Assembly: GCA_900314845.1 (NCBI GenBank)
Contig: OMWV01000054.1
Span: forward strand, 21,631 to 85,630
DNA length: 64,000 nt
Source: an uncultured Eubacteriales bacterium
GTDB lineage: Bacteria; Bacillota; Clostridia; Lachnospirales; Lachnospiraceae
Direction of reading: 5' to 3'
The notes under the pieces were generated by a model. The model was not told where the DNA came from and ran no database searches. It worked only from the letters and a program-made list of their open reading frames with translations. Below, in pieces: positions 17,680-27,072 of the stretch. Each line of letters starts with the position of its first letter. Position 1 is the stretch's first letter. Both the position numbers and the translations under genes were made by a program.

Positions 17680-19086
17680 ATGAAGAGAGGGATAGATTTG
17701 AAGAAGAAAAAGAGACAGATAGGTACAGGGTTGGTGACTGCCTGTCTGATCGTTGTTATGGGGGCCGGCCCGGCTGCTGCGGAAGCAGCCCTTCTGTATG
17801 CAGATCAGACGAAGACGGAAGAAACGGCGGATGAGTCGGCGCAGGAAGAGACAGAAATCTGGCAGGAAGAGACAGAGAGCTGGTCAGATGTCAGCGAGAC
17901 ACAGACTGAGCGAAAGACTCAGACGAAGACCAGTCCGGATAAGTCATCAGCCAGTCTGAAAGCGCCTGTCATAACGACCCGGATAAATGGGGAGAGGCCT
18001 GCTTTCTCCTGGAAGCCTGTGAAGGGTGCCGCTGCCTATGAAGTCTGGAGGAAAGATGAGGGCGCCTGGAAGAAGACGGTCCTGAAAGGCAAGTATTGGA
18101 TCTATTTCAGTGACCGGAAGGCTGCAGTCGGTCATCCGGTCCGGTATAAAGTGAGAGCAGTCGGCAGAGATAAGAGCTGCTCTGATTTTTCACCGGTCAT
18201 AAAACTTGTGAAACATCCGGACATACCAGCTATTCTTTCTCTGAAGAAGACCAGGATAAGCTGGCATAAGGTCACAGGTGCGGATTATTATCAGATCTAT
18301 ATGAAGAAGTCAAAGAATTCTCACTGGAAGAAGATCGGCACCAGCAGCACAACTTCCTTTAAGATCCGGGGGTCTGATTACAGCAAGAGGGGATACTATA
18401 CAGTCCGGGCAGTCGCCGGCAGATATCAGTCAGATATGGATCCCGGTTTTCAGATGGGTACAAAGAGCAGGAAGAAGCTGAAAGTGCTGATAGATGGAGA
18501 CAGCATAACAGCGCCTTATTTTTCCTGGGCAGAGAGAAGCTGCCGGAAGCTGAAGCTTTCCTATACAAACCGTGCCGTAAACGGCAGCAGGATCTCATCC
18601 ACAGCCCCTTCGGCGAAGAAAGATATATACAAAAGGTCTGTAAAAAAGGGCTTTAAGGGTTATGATCTGATCATTCTCTCCGCGGGCACGAATGATTATG
18701 GCTATAATGCCCGCTTAGGCAGCAGGAACAGCACAGATCCTGAAACATTTTACGGAGCCTGGAATAGGATCCTTAAGAAGGCGCGCAGGGATGCACCTAA
18801 GGCTAAGATCATTATCTGCACGCCTCAGAACAGGGGAAGACTGGACAATCGATATAACATCAATGGATATCAGTGGCAGAACAGGCGCAGGCATACCCTT
18901 GCTCAGTACGCGAACGCTGAGATCGTTATGGCGAAAAAATATAAGTGTCTGCTCTACCGTGCCCCTGATTCCGGGGTCATAAAGGCGGGCAATGTCAAAA
19001 AGACGACAGTGGATCTTTTGCATCCCACAAGGATGACGCACATAAAGATCAGTGAAGACTTTATCCGTTTTCTGGAGACTCTTTAG
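17680..19086 (+). CDS. Secreted SGNH/GDSL-family hydrolase with N-terminal FN3-like repeats
   Basis: It has a signal peptide, an acidic linker and two repeats of the form W(K/H)xVxGAxxYxxxxK. The SGNH blocks are LIDGDSIT, SAGTNDY and DLLHPT. Confidence 0.75.
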   Translation: MKRGIDLKKKKRQIGTGLVTACLIVVMGAGPAAAEAALLYADQTKTEETADESAQEETEIWQEETESWSDVSETQTERKTQTKTSPDKSSASLKAPVITTRINGERPAFSWKPVKGAAAYEVWRKDEGAWKKTVLKGKYWIYFSDRKAAVGHPVRYKVRAVGRDKSCSDFSPVIKLVKHPDIPAILSLKKTRISWHKVTGADYYQIYMKKSKNSHWKKIGTSSTTSFKIRGSDYSKRGYYTVRAVAGRYQSDMDPGFQMGTKSRKKLKVLIDGDSITAPYFSWAERSCRKLKLSYTNRAVNGSRISSTAPSAKKDIYKRSVKKGFKGYDLIILSAGTNDYGYNARLGSRNSTDPETFYGAWNRILKKARRDAPKAKIIICTPQNRGRLDNRYNINGYQWQNRRRHTLAQYANAEIVMAKKYKCLLYRAPDSGVIKAGNVKKTTVDLLHPTRMTHIKISEDFIRFLETL

Positions 19087-20432
19087 ACAAGGCGGTATTT
19101 TGTCCACTTGCCGGATCGATAGCGGTGAACGAAACATATGGCCCGGGCTGCCCAGTCCAGATACATAGCCAGGAAGAGGCCGATCACATGCAGGCCGGCG
19201 ACGGTTCCCAGCAGGTAGGAGCCAGTGATGCGGACCAGGAACATGGACAGGATCCCTACGACCATGGTGTATTTCGCGTCTCCTGCCGCCCTTATGGCAT
19301 TGGGCAGGGTGAAAGAGATGGCGTTGAGCCCTGTCAGCGTGAACAGGCTCATCAGTATGATCCTGCGGACTAAGGCTGCTCCGGCAGCAGATATGCTGTA
19401 GAAGTGCAGGAGGACAGGCAGCATGAGCCAGACAGCGATCCCATTTGCGACCTGCAGACCGGTAACCAGAAGAAGAAATTTTCTGGTATAATAGCGGGCC
19501 TGGTCGAAATCTCCCGCACCGACACACTGGCCGACAACGGTGACAACGCCTATGTTCAGGGCACTGCCGCATATGATCAGCAGGGTGTAGATGGAGTTGG
19601 CTACCCCGTTGGCTGCTATGAGAGTCGTGCCATAGGATGCTGCGATAGAGGCGACCAGGATTCTGCCCAGCTGAAAGAGCCCGTTTTCTATTCCATTCGG
19701 AACGGCGATCTTTACGATCTGGCGGACGATATTTCCTTCCCAGCGGATGATCCGGGAAGGCGTGATGTAAATGGGGTTCTTCTGGTTCATAGCCATGATA
19801 AAAAGGATGACGGCGGATACGGTCCTTGACAGGAAGGAAGGCCAGGCAACGCCTGCCACACCCAGGTGGAGAATGTATACGCCCACATAATTGCCGGCGA
19901 TATTCAGCCCGTTCATCAGGAAAGAGACCCACATGGTTACATTTGTCCGGCTAATAGTCCGAAAGACAGCCGCGCAGGCATTATAGATCCCCAGCATGGG
20001 GAAGGACAGAGCCGTGATCCAGAAATAGGTGACGGCATTGTCCAGTACATCCTGAGAAGCGGATCCATAAAGGCCTTCTATGATAAAACGCCTGCCGGTC
20101 AGAGCGATAGCCATCAATGTCAGCCCGGCGGCAGCAGCCAGCAGGACAAGCTGGGAGGCGGTCCGCCTGGCTGTCTCCAGCTTTTTCGCCCCGTAGTACT
20201 GGGAGGCGACAACGGCACCGCCGGCAGCGAGGGCAGCCATGACGGTTATGACGAGAAAGTTCACTTCATTGACAAGGGTGACCCCGGATATGGCGGCTTC
20301 CCCGGCACTGGAGACCATCAGGGTGTCCAGCATACCTACGAGCATGGCAAAAAATTGCTCAACGATCAGGGGGATCAGAAGTTTCCTCAGATCCTTTCCT
20401 GAAAAAGTTTTTTTCCTTATATTTTCAGCCAA
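19083..20432 (-). CDS. MATE-family efflux transporter
   Basis: The profile shows 12 TM segments and a typical N-terminus, LRKLLIPLIVEQFFAMLVGMLDTLMVS. The start is TTG with an AGGTG RBS. The stop overlaps the convergent SGNH stop. Confidence 0.88.
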   Translation of the reverse strand: MAENIRKKTFSGKDLRKLLIPLIVEQFFAMLVGMLDTLMVSSAGEAAISGVTLVNEVNFLVITVMAALAAGGAVVASQYYGAKKLETARRTASQLVLLAAAAGLTLMAIALTGRRFIIEGLYGSASQDVLDNAVTYFWITALSFPMLGIYNACAAVFRTISRTNVTMWVSFLMNGLNIAGNYVGVYILHLGVAGVAWPSFLSRTVSAVILFIMAMNQKNPIYITPSRIIRWEGNIVRQIVKIAVPNGIENGLFQLGRILVASIAASYGTTLIAANGVANSIYTLLIICGSALNIGVVTVVGQCVGAGDFDQARYYTRKFLLLVTGLQVANGIAVWLMLPVLLHFYSISAAGAALVRRIILMSLFTLTGLNAISFTLPNAIRAAGDAKYTMVVGILSMFLVRITGSYLLGTVAGLHVIGLFLAMYLDWAARAICFVHRYRSGKWTKYRLV

Positions 20433-20653
20433 AGCAGCACACCTTCTATCAAAAGCGAATGAATCTTATTGCAGGGCAGATGGAAACATTTCCCATGGCC
20501 CGGCTGTAATTCTATCAATTTTTCCTTTATCCTGTCAACAAATATCGGTTTTCATTGCCGGCGGGCGTCTGATATGATATCTTTGTTATGGAAAATATTG
20601 ACTCTGGCCGGGAAACTGCGGACAGACTTTATATGATTGCAGGAGGATATTGC

Positions 20654-22075
20654 ATGAGCGGATTTTTCGGAGTTGCCTCGAAGGAAGACTGCGTCTTTGA
20701 CTTGTTTTACGGGACAGACTATCATTCCCACCTGGGGACCAGGCGGGCCGGCATGACAGTCTATGACAGAGAGAAAGGCTTTGACAGGGCCATCCATAGT
20801 ATAGAGAGTTCCCATTTCAGACCCAAGTTCGAGAAAGATATCAAAAATATGCAGGGAAATCTGGGCATAGGCTGCATATCCGACTACGAGCCACAGCCCC
20901 TGATCGTCCGCTCCCACCTGGGGACATACGCGATCACGACAGTCTGTAAGATCAATAACACAGACGAGATTGTGAAGGATCTTTTTAAGAGCGGCACCTC
21001 TCATTTCCTGGAGATGAGCGGCGGCGATATAAACCCCACAGAGCTCGTGGCAGCTCTGATAAACAGCAGAGACACCATAACTGAGGGAATCCGCTATGCC
21101 CAGGATATCATCCAGGGATCCATGACCATGCTGCTGATGACGGGCAAGGGGATCTACGCGGCCCGTGATAAATACGGCCGCACTCCGGTCGAAATCGGGA
21201 AAAATGAAAAGGGTTACTGTGTCTGCTTTGAGAGTTTTTCTTTCCTTAATCTGGGCTATACGTTTGAGAGAGAACTGGGGCCGGGCGAGATCGTCTTTAT
21301 CACGCCGGGTGGGATAGAAGTGGCAGCCCCTGCCCTGAAGGATATGCGAATCTGCTCTTTCCTCTGGATATATTATGGATTCACGGCTTCCACATACGAA
21401 GGGCTCAATGTCGAAGCAGTCAGATACAGATGCGGCCAGGCTCTTGCCAGAAGAGATATGCAAAGAGGCATCACTCCCGACTGTGTCGCCGGGGTGCCCG
21501 ATTCCGGGATTGCCCACGCAGTAGGCTATTCCAACCAGGCCGGGATCCCTTATGAGAGGCCTTTTGTAAAATACACAGCCACCTGGCCAAGGTCTTTCAT
21601 GCCGCCTTTCCAGGACAGGCGTGATCTCATCGCCAAGATGAAGCTGATTCCCATCAGTGAGCTGATTCAGGGGAAGAGGCTCCTGCTTATCGATGATTCT
21701 ATCGTCAGGGGTACCCAGCTGAGGGAGACAACAGAATATCTCTATAAGAGCGGGGCCAGAGAAGTTCATATCAGACCGGCCTGTCCTCCTCTGGTATACG
21801 GCTGCAAGTATCTGAATTTCTCCCGGTCCAACTCCGAGGCGGAGCTGATCACCCGCCGCATGATAGAAAAGCTGGAAGGCACAGCCGATGTGACGCCCGA
21901 AAGGCTGCAGAGATATACAGATCCGGATTCGGAAGAGTACAAGGCTATGCTGGAAGAGATCAGAAAGCAGCTGCATTTCACAACGCTTCACTACCACAGG
22001 CTGGACGATATGGTAGAAGCCATCGGTATGAAGCCCTGCGATCTTTGCACCTACTGCTGGAACGGAAAGGAATAG
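20654..22075 (+). CDS. Amidophosphoribosyltransferase-like protein (Ntn GATase-like plus PRTase domain) lacking the Cys1 nucleophile
   Basis: An AGGAGG RBS lies 7 nt before ATG 20654. The N-terminus is MSGFFGVAS... where PurF has MCG. The PRTase loop LLLIDDSIVRGTQL is intact, and the C-terminus carries CDLCTYCW. Confidence 0.8.
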   Translation: MSGFFGVASKEDCVFDLFYGTDYHSHLGTRRAGMTVYDREKGFDRAIHSIESSHFRPKFEKDIKNMQGNLGIGCISDYEPQPLIVRSHLGTYAITTVCKINNTDEIVKDLFKSGTSHFLEMSGGDINPTELVAALINSRDTITEGIRYAQDIIQGSMTMLLMTGKGIYAARDKYGRTPVEIGKNEKGYCVCFESFSFLNLGYTFERELGPGEIVFITPGGIEVAAPALKDMRICSFLWIYYGFTASTYEGLNVEAVRYRCGQALARRDMQRGITPDCVAGVPDSGIAHAVGYSNQAGIPYERPFVKYTATWPRSFMPPFQDRRDLIAKMKLIPISELIQGKRLLLIDDSIVRGTQLRETTEYLYKSGAREVHIRPACPPLVYGCKYLNFSRSNSEAELITRRMIEKLEGTADVTPERLQRYTDPDSEEYKAMLEEIRKQLHFTTLHYHRLDDMVEAIGMKPCDLCTYCWNGKE

Positions 22076-22082
22076 GGCTGTT

Positions 22083-22532
22083 ATGAAGGTTAAAGAAATA
22101 TATCCGATAAATAAAGAGCATCTTGACAGATACGCACAGATCTACGCAGAGGCATTTTCCGGAGAACCATGGAATGATTCCTGGAAACAGTCAGATGCAC
22201 GGATCCATGTTAAAGAACTTTTGGAATCACAGCAGTCCTACGGACTGGAATACATTCTGGACGGGCAGGTCGCAGGATTTATCCTGGGAACCAGCATGCT
22301 CTTTCATTATGGCAGGACATTTGAGATAAATGACCTGGCTGTCGATCCGGCATTTCAGAAGAGGGGCATAGGAGCAATGCTTCTGGAAAGCTTTCTCGCT
22401 GATGTGAAGGAGCAGGGGATCGTCGGCGTGCATCTGATCACTGCGGGCAAGGGAATACTGCCTGAATTTTATGGGAAATATGGCTTTGGAAAAGAGAACC
22501 AGGTTATCCTGATGGGAAAAGAACTTCATTGA
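22083..22532 (+). CDS. GNAT-family N-acetyltransferase
   Basis: The acetyl-CoA motif A is LAVDPAFQKRGIGAMLLE. The gene starts 7 nt after the PurF-like stop. Confidence 0.85.
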   Translation: MKVKEIYPINKEHLDRYAQIYAEAFSGEPWNDSWKQSDARIHVKELLESQQSYGLEYILDGQVAGFILGTSMLFHYGRTFEINDLAVDPAFQKRGIGAMLLESFLADVKEQGIVGVHLITAGKGILPEFYGKYGFGKENQVILMGKELH

Positions 22533-22611
22533 CTTGCATAAAATGGCTTGACAAGGCGGTGAGAGGTGATAAAATAGTCTCATATTCAGACAAACCGAAA
22601 GGAAGACATTG

Positions 22612-23046
22612 ATGGATGAACTTGAAAGCTTAGTATGCCGTTTTTGCTGCGCTCAGAATCAGATCAGCACGGCCTATGAAGAATTTTCCAGGCAGAACGG
22701 ATGCACTTCCACCTGTATGCAGATTATGTATCTGATCTACAATCATCCGGGATGCACCCAGAAGATGCTGAACGAGAGTTCTCTCTATCCCAAGCAGACG
22801 ATAAACGCTGTCATTACCCAGCTCTACAAGGAGAATGTGGTAGAGCTCAGGGAGAATCCGGATGACCGCCGGAGCAAGGCGATCCACTACAGCGAGGAAG
22901 GGAAGAGAAGGGCAGATGAATTTTTCTTAAAAGCTCAGAGAATCGCCTATGATGCCATGCAGGAGCTGACAGAGAATGAGCGCAATGAGCTTGTCGAGAT
23001 TACAGAGAAATTTGCCAGACTTATGATGAACAATGTAAACCGCTAG
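22612..23046 (+). CDS. MarR-family transcriptional regulator
   Basis: The winged HTH reads CTQKMLNESSLYPKQTINAVITQLYKENVVELRENPDDRRSKAI. Confidence 0.85.
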   Translation: MDELESLVCRFCCAQNQISTAYEEFSRQNGCTSTCMQIMYLIYNHPGCTQKMLNESSLYPKQTINAVITQLYKENVVELRENPDDRRSKAIHYSEEGKRRADEFFLKAQRIAYDAMQELTENERNELVEITEKFARLMMNNVNR

Positions 23047-23151
23047 GTGCAGATAATGGCTGCCCGGCTCTTGGGCAGCCTGATTTATCAGGCATATAGT
23101 CCCAAATTAGGAAAATATAAATTACAGATTGAAAAAAGAAAGGACAAAAAG

Positions 23152-25425
23152 ATGGCTTTAATACCCATTTCAAATATTATCGCAGTTCCCGGTTCCACTT
23201 TGATCCTGCAGGCTGATTATTATAAATCTGTGACGGGAGCAGCCCCGGTCATGAATGAGAAGGTGGCCGTCCTTATGACCCGCGGTCAGACAAAGGTCGC
23301 TGATCTGAACGGTGACAATGTATATCCCATCGGCGTTTCCGGTTATATCAGCGATTCCGGCAGCCAGGGCATGGTCAGAATCCAGCTGACCCATCGAATG
23401 AGGATAGACAATATTGAGATCCTTCCCGGCGGCAAGGCAGACCTGGCGACGGCCAGGATCTCAGACATAGAAGATATGGATCCGGAGGAAGCCAGGAGCC
23501 GTTTTGCCGCCCTCAAGGAAGAGGTGCTGAATCTGTCCCACGAATACCAATGGGGTCATGTCATGGACGCCTTTGTCTATTCCTGGAGAAATATCGGCGA
23601 TATGAGCGCAGTTCTGTCTCCCTGGATGGAGCTGCCACAGGGCACAGCATACTCTGTCCTCAGCCAGGACAGCGTTAAGGCCCGTTTTGAGGCTCAGGAG
23701 AAACTCCTCTATGAGTACATAGAAGTGACAAAGGTCAAGATGAAGGCGCAGACCGATCAGAAGGAGAATAATCAGCGCCTTTACAAGGAGCAGGCTTTGA
23801 AAAATCAGATCGAGTACATGCAGAAGGAACTGGATGAGATGCATCCCGACCAGCTGAGCGGCATCCGCAAGCTGGAGCTGCAGCTTGAAAATGCCGGCAT
23901 GAATGAGTCGGCAAGGAAGGAGGCCCGCAAGCTGATCGCCCGCCTGAAAAATGAGGGTGAGCACAGCCAGGAAGCCGGCATGATCACAGATTATCTGGAA
24001 TTTCTTGCCTCTCTCCCCTGGAAGAAGGAGGACTTTAAAGACATAGACCTGGATCAGGCAGAGAAGATCCTTGACGCAGAGCATTTTGGTCTGGAAAAGG
24101 TGAAGAAGAGGATCCTGGAGCAGATAGCGGTCATGCAGCTGAAAAAGCAGCAGTCCGGTTCCATCATTCTCTTCGTGGGAGCTCCCGGAACCGGCAAGAC
24201 CAGCATAGGCCAGAGCATAGCGAAAGCGCTGGGCCGTGAATACATCCGCGTATCCCTGGGCGGTGTGAGAGATGAGGCCGATATCCGCGGCCACCGCCGT
24301 ACCTACATCGGTTCCATGCCGGGCAGGATCATGGATGGTATCCAGAAGAGCGGCGTTTCCAATCCGGTCATGGTGCTCGATGAGGTGGATAAGCTCAGCA
24401 TGTCTTACAACGGAGATCCGGCCAGCGCCCTCCTTGAGGTGCTTGACCCCGAGCAGAATGCGACATTTACCGATCATTATCTCAACGTGCCCTACGATCT
24501 GTCGGACGTGCTTTTCATCTGCACGGCAAACAGCCTGGAGACCATACCGGAGCCCCTGCTCAACCGCATGGAAGTGATTTTCTTCCAGGGCTACACCCCC
24601 ATAGAGAAGCTTCAGATCGCAAAACGCCATCTGATCCCCCGTGCTTTGGGGGCAGCCGGCCTTAAGAGCGAAGATCTGGTCATCCCCGATGAGACGGTAG
24701 AAGCGGTGATAGACGGTTACACAAGGGAGGCAGGAGTGCGCGGCCTGAAGAAGAGGATGGATACCCTTTCCAGAAATGCTGCGGTCCAGATCGTCCGCGG
24801 AGCGCAGACTCCTATAGAGATAGGGCCGGACCAGCTTCGCGATTATCTGGATATGAATCCGATAAAGGAGAAACATGTCAGGGACAAGGCTGCTCCGGGC
24901 GTTGTGACTGGCCTGGCATGGACGCAGGCGGGCGGAGATGTTCTCTATATAGAGACCAGGAAGATGAAGGGCAAGGGCAAGCTGACGGTCACCGGCCAGC
25001 TGGGAGACGTCATGAAGGAATCTGTCCAGATTGCCCTCAGCCTTGTCCGCTCTATGTACGAGGACAAGGAAGATGAGCTGGAGAAGGAAGATATCCATAT
25101 CCACGTTCCCGACGGCTCGACCCCCAAGGACGGCCCTTCCGCCGGCATCACTTTAACGACTGCCCTCGCGTCACTCGTCAGCGGTGTTCCGGTCAGCCCC
25201 AGGGTAGCCATGACAGGGGAGGTTTCCCTCCAGGGCACGGTAAATCCTATCGGCGGTCTGCCGGAGAAGCTGATGGCTGCCCAGCGCGCTGGCGTCGAGC
25301 AGGTCTTCATTCCTAAAGACAATGTGGATGACCTGCGGGACGTAGCCCAGGAGGTAAAGGATCATCTGAATATCATTCCGGTGGAAACAGTGGATGATGT
25401 GCTGACCCGGCTCTCCTTAAGGTAA
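23152..25425 (+). CDS. lon: ATP-dependent Lon protease (LonA type)
   Basis: It has a LON N-domain, the Walker A GAPGTGKTS, Walker B VMVLDEVDK and the protease motif PKDGPSAGIT. ATG 23152 is preferred over the track GTG at 23047. Confidence 0.95.
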   Translation: MALIPISNIIAVPGSTLILQADYYKSVTGAAPVMNEKVAVLMTRGQTKVADLNGDNVYPIGVSGYISDSGSQGMVRIQLTHRMRIDNIEILPGGKADLATARISDIEDMDPEEARSRFAALKEEVLNLSHEYQWGHVMDAFVYSWRNIGDMSAVLSPWMELPQGTAYSVLSQDSVKARFEAQEKLLYEYIEVTKVKMKAQTDQKENNQRLYKEQALKNQIEYMQKELDEMHPDQLSGIRKLELQLENAGMNESARKEARKLIARLKNEGEHSQEAGMITDYLEFLASLPWKKEDFKDIDLDQAEKILDAEHFGLEKVKKRILEQIAVMQLKKQQSGSIILFVGAPGTGKTSIGQSIAKALGREYIRVSLGGVRDEADIRGHRRTYIGSMPGRIMDGIQKSGVSNPVMVLDEVDKLSMSYNGDPASALLEVLDPEQNATFTDHYLNVPYDLSDVLFICTANSLETIPEPLLNRMEVIFFQGYTPIEKLQIAKRHLIPRALGAAGLKSEDLVIPDETVEAVIDGYTREAGVRGLKKRMDTLSRNAAVQIVRGAQTPIEIGPDQLRDYLDMNPIKEKHVRDKAAPGVVTGLAWTQAGGDVLYIETRKMKGKGKLTVTGQLGDVMKESVQIALSLVRSMYEDKEDELEKEDIHIHVPDGSTPKDGPSAGITLTTALASLVSGVPVSPRVAMTGEVSLQGTVNPIGGLPEKLMAAQRAGVEQVFIPKDNVDDLRDVAQEVKDHLNIIPVETVDDVLTRLSLR

Positions 25426-25447
25426 AATATCATATTATGTACATATG

Positions 25448-25484
25448 CAGCTCCTTCTAACTCCAGGAAGGAGCTGTTATTTTA
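25448..25484. terminator. Rho-independent terminator
   Basis: A perfect 10-bp stem, cagctccttc ... gaaggagctg, is followed by ttatttta. It lies between convergent genes. Confidence 0.75.
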
Positions 25485-25488
25485 AGCT

Positions 25489-25983
25489 TCAGTCGGCGTC
25501 TGCAAGCATAGTCAGATCGTCGGCTGCAGGTTTCTCTCTTCTTCTGAAGACCAGGCGGAAGAGGAAGCGCACAAGAGGGCCGGCAATGATGAACTGCATG
25601 GCGTAGGCAGCCGGAAGGTTCAGTGCCCATGTCTGAGCGAATGTTCCAAGACCGGGCTGCTTGAAGAGCAGTGTGGCGATAAGGCTCATCATCGGGCACA
25701 TAAGCGCGCAGATGCAGAATGAGATGGCATAGGTGATGAACTGGGGACGGTCTGTCGGCTGCATGAAAGTAAAAGCCAGTCTGGGTGCCAGACGGCCGGC
25801 GATAAAAAGCTCAAGGAATACGGCGACAGGCCACATGATCTTCATTTCTCCGAAGGCCATGATAAATACCTGATTGCTGCAGCCTCCCATGGAAAGAGAT
25901 ATGTTGTAGCAGACCATTCCGTAGACCATAACGAAGGCCATGACGATAGTGAAAATGATATTTTCAAATTTTGTTCTGGGCAT
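25489..25983 (-). CDS. DUF2798-like integral membrane protein
   Basis: MPRTKFENIIFTIVMAFVMVYGMVCYNISL... is followed by an internal repeat of two 2-TM halves. A GAAAAGGAGAAAAA RBS precedes ATG 25983. Confidence 0.5.
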   Translation of the reverse strand: MPRTKFENIIFTIVMAFVMVYGMVCYNISLSMGGCSNQVFIMAFGEMKIMWPVAVFLELFIAGRLAPRLAFTFMQPTDRPQFITYAISFCICALMCPMMSLIATLLFKQPGLGTFAQTWALNLPAAYAMQFIIAGPLVRFLFRLVFRRREKPAADDLTMLADAD

Positions 25984-26170
25984 AGTTTTTCTCCTTTTCA
26001 TATGCAATGTTATTGCAAAAAAAATGAGCCGAGAAACTTTCATCTCGACTCATCTCTGCGACTACCATTAATTAACTAAATGGTAGCATAGAAAAAAATT
26101 TTTCGTAACATGGAATTTTTGCCAAATATCATCTGGCTCAGTCCTTTTGTTTTGTGTATCATTGCCTTAT

Positions 26171-26920
26171 CTACATCAGAGGGGTCTCATTTATGATCAG
26201 GTGGAACTGAAGGCCGAGAAAATTTGCCGCCCGCTTGCACAGGAGCATCCGGTCCATGAAAATATTGAAATAATCCCCAATCTCGCCATATCGCGTATCG
26301 ATGTGCAGCTTTAATTTTATGCCGGAATGCTCTTTGTTTATCTTTATCTCTGATTTTGTAACCGAGTAATTCACATGGTCGTGGATATCAAAGGTTTCCG
26401 GGTCGGGATTCTGCACGCGGGACCGGCGCACGTCTGACTTGTCGGCCAGTATGAGAGCCGCGCTGATCCGGCTCACGGGAACTCCGTTGTTCTCGTCATG
26501 ATTGCCGATGGCACAGATGATCTCGGCGATATCCTCCGCGGGAACGCTCAGCTTATTGAGGATCTGGAAGGCCATGATGGCGCCGGACTGGCTGTGGTCG
26601 ACCCGGTTTACGATGTTGCCTATATCATGGAGCCGGGCGGCTGTCAGGGCCAGATCGATCAGGTGATCATCTTCCCCCAGGGTTTCCAGGATGTAGCGGG
26701 TCCTTGCGGCTACGACCTGTACGTGGGCAAATGCGTGTTCTGTGAACCCGAGGGCCTGCAGGGCCATGTTCTGGCACTGAATGTATACATTGGCCTCTTT
26801 ATTGTCCATAATCTGGTTGAAAAGCGGGAATCGGCCGGATTCGGCCTCAAATGACGTCGTAGATATACTTTTCTTATTTTTCTTCTTCTCTTTTTCCATT
26901 TTTTCTTTCATTCTTTCCAT
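26171..26920 (-). CDS. HD-domain phosphohydrolase-family protein
   Basis: The spacing H...HD...H...D (HAFAHVQ, RLHDIGN, GNHDE, LADKSD) fits the HD superfamily. The start is one of three clustered ATGs at 26920, 26911 and 26899. The longer track ORF to 27082 is hydrophobic junk that crosses the divergent promoter. Confidence 0.7.
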   Translation of the reverse strand: MERMKEKMEKEKKKNKKSISTTSFEAESGRFPLFNQIMDNKEANVYIQCQNMALQALGFTEHAFAHVQVVAARTRYILETLGEDDHLIDLALTAARLHDIGNIVNRVDHSQSGAIMAFQILNKLSVPAEDIAEIICAIGNHDENNGVPVSRISAALILADKSDVRRSRVQNPDPETFDIHDHVNYSVTKSEIKINKEHSGIKLKLHIDTRYGEIGDYFNIFMDRMLLCKRAANFLGLQFHLIINETPLM

Positions 26921-27072
26921 ACTTCTACAATATAGCAGAAGAAAGTAAAGGAAAAAGAAAGCAAATGCAAAGTTTCTGTAATACATGTCCTGACGGGCGG
27001 AAATCGATTGCATTGGGAGCCTTTTCGATATAAAATATCGGAAATAACACCTGACTGAGGGAGGAAGATCCT

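Noticed and set aside
18715-19932. A 405-aa ORF on the same strand as the MATE gene but in another frame.
   Set aside because: The translation is Arg/Pro/His-rich nonsense. The MATE frame has a full 12-TM profile.
20433-20653. A purine or ZTP riboswitch upstream of the PurF-like gene.
   Set aside because: I could not find the conserved purine-riboswitch junction sequence or the ZTP pfl-motif core (GGGUCGUGAC... / CCGCCUGGGCA) by eye. A covariance-model scan would be needed to be certain.
20552-21997. A 481-aa ORF antisense to the PurF-like gene. Similar long antisense or shadow ORFs occur at 23461..25104, 47792..48694, 48495..49634, 51126..52166, 34266..35390, 4326..5066, 692..1312, 8241..9026 and 37969..38697.
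   Set aside because: Each lies opposite a gene with strong family motifs. Their translations are low-complexity or Arg/His/Leu-rich with no recognisable motifs or RBS. These are typical shadow ORFs in GC-rich coding DNA.
26044-26170. The hairpin CTACCAT-taattaactaa-ATGGTAG between the HD and DUF2798 genes as a terminator.
   Set aside because: The stem is only 7 bp and AT-rich, with no U tract on the relevant (minus) strand. The evidence is too weak to annotate.
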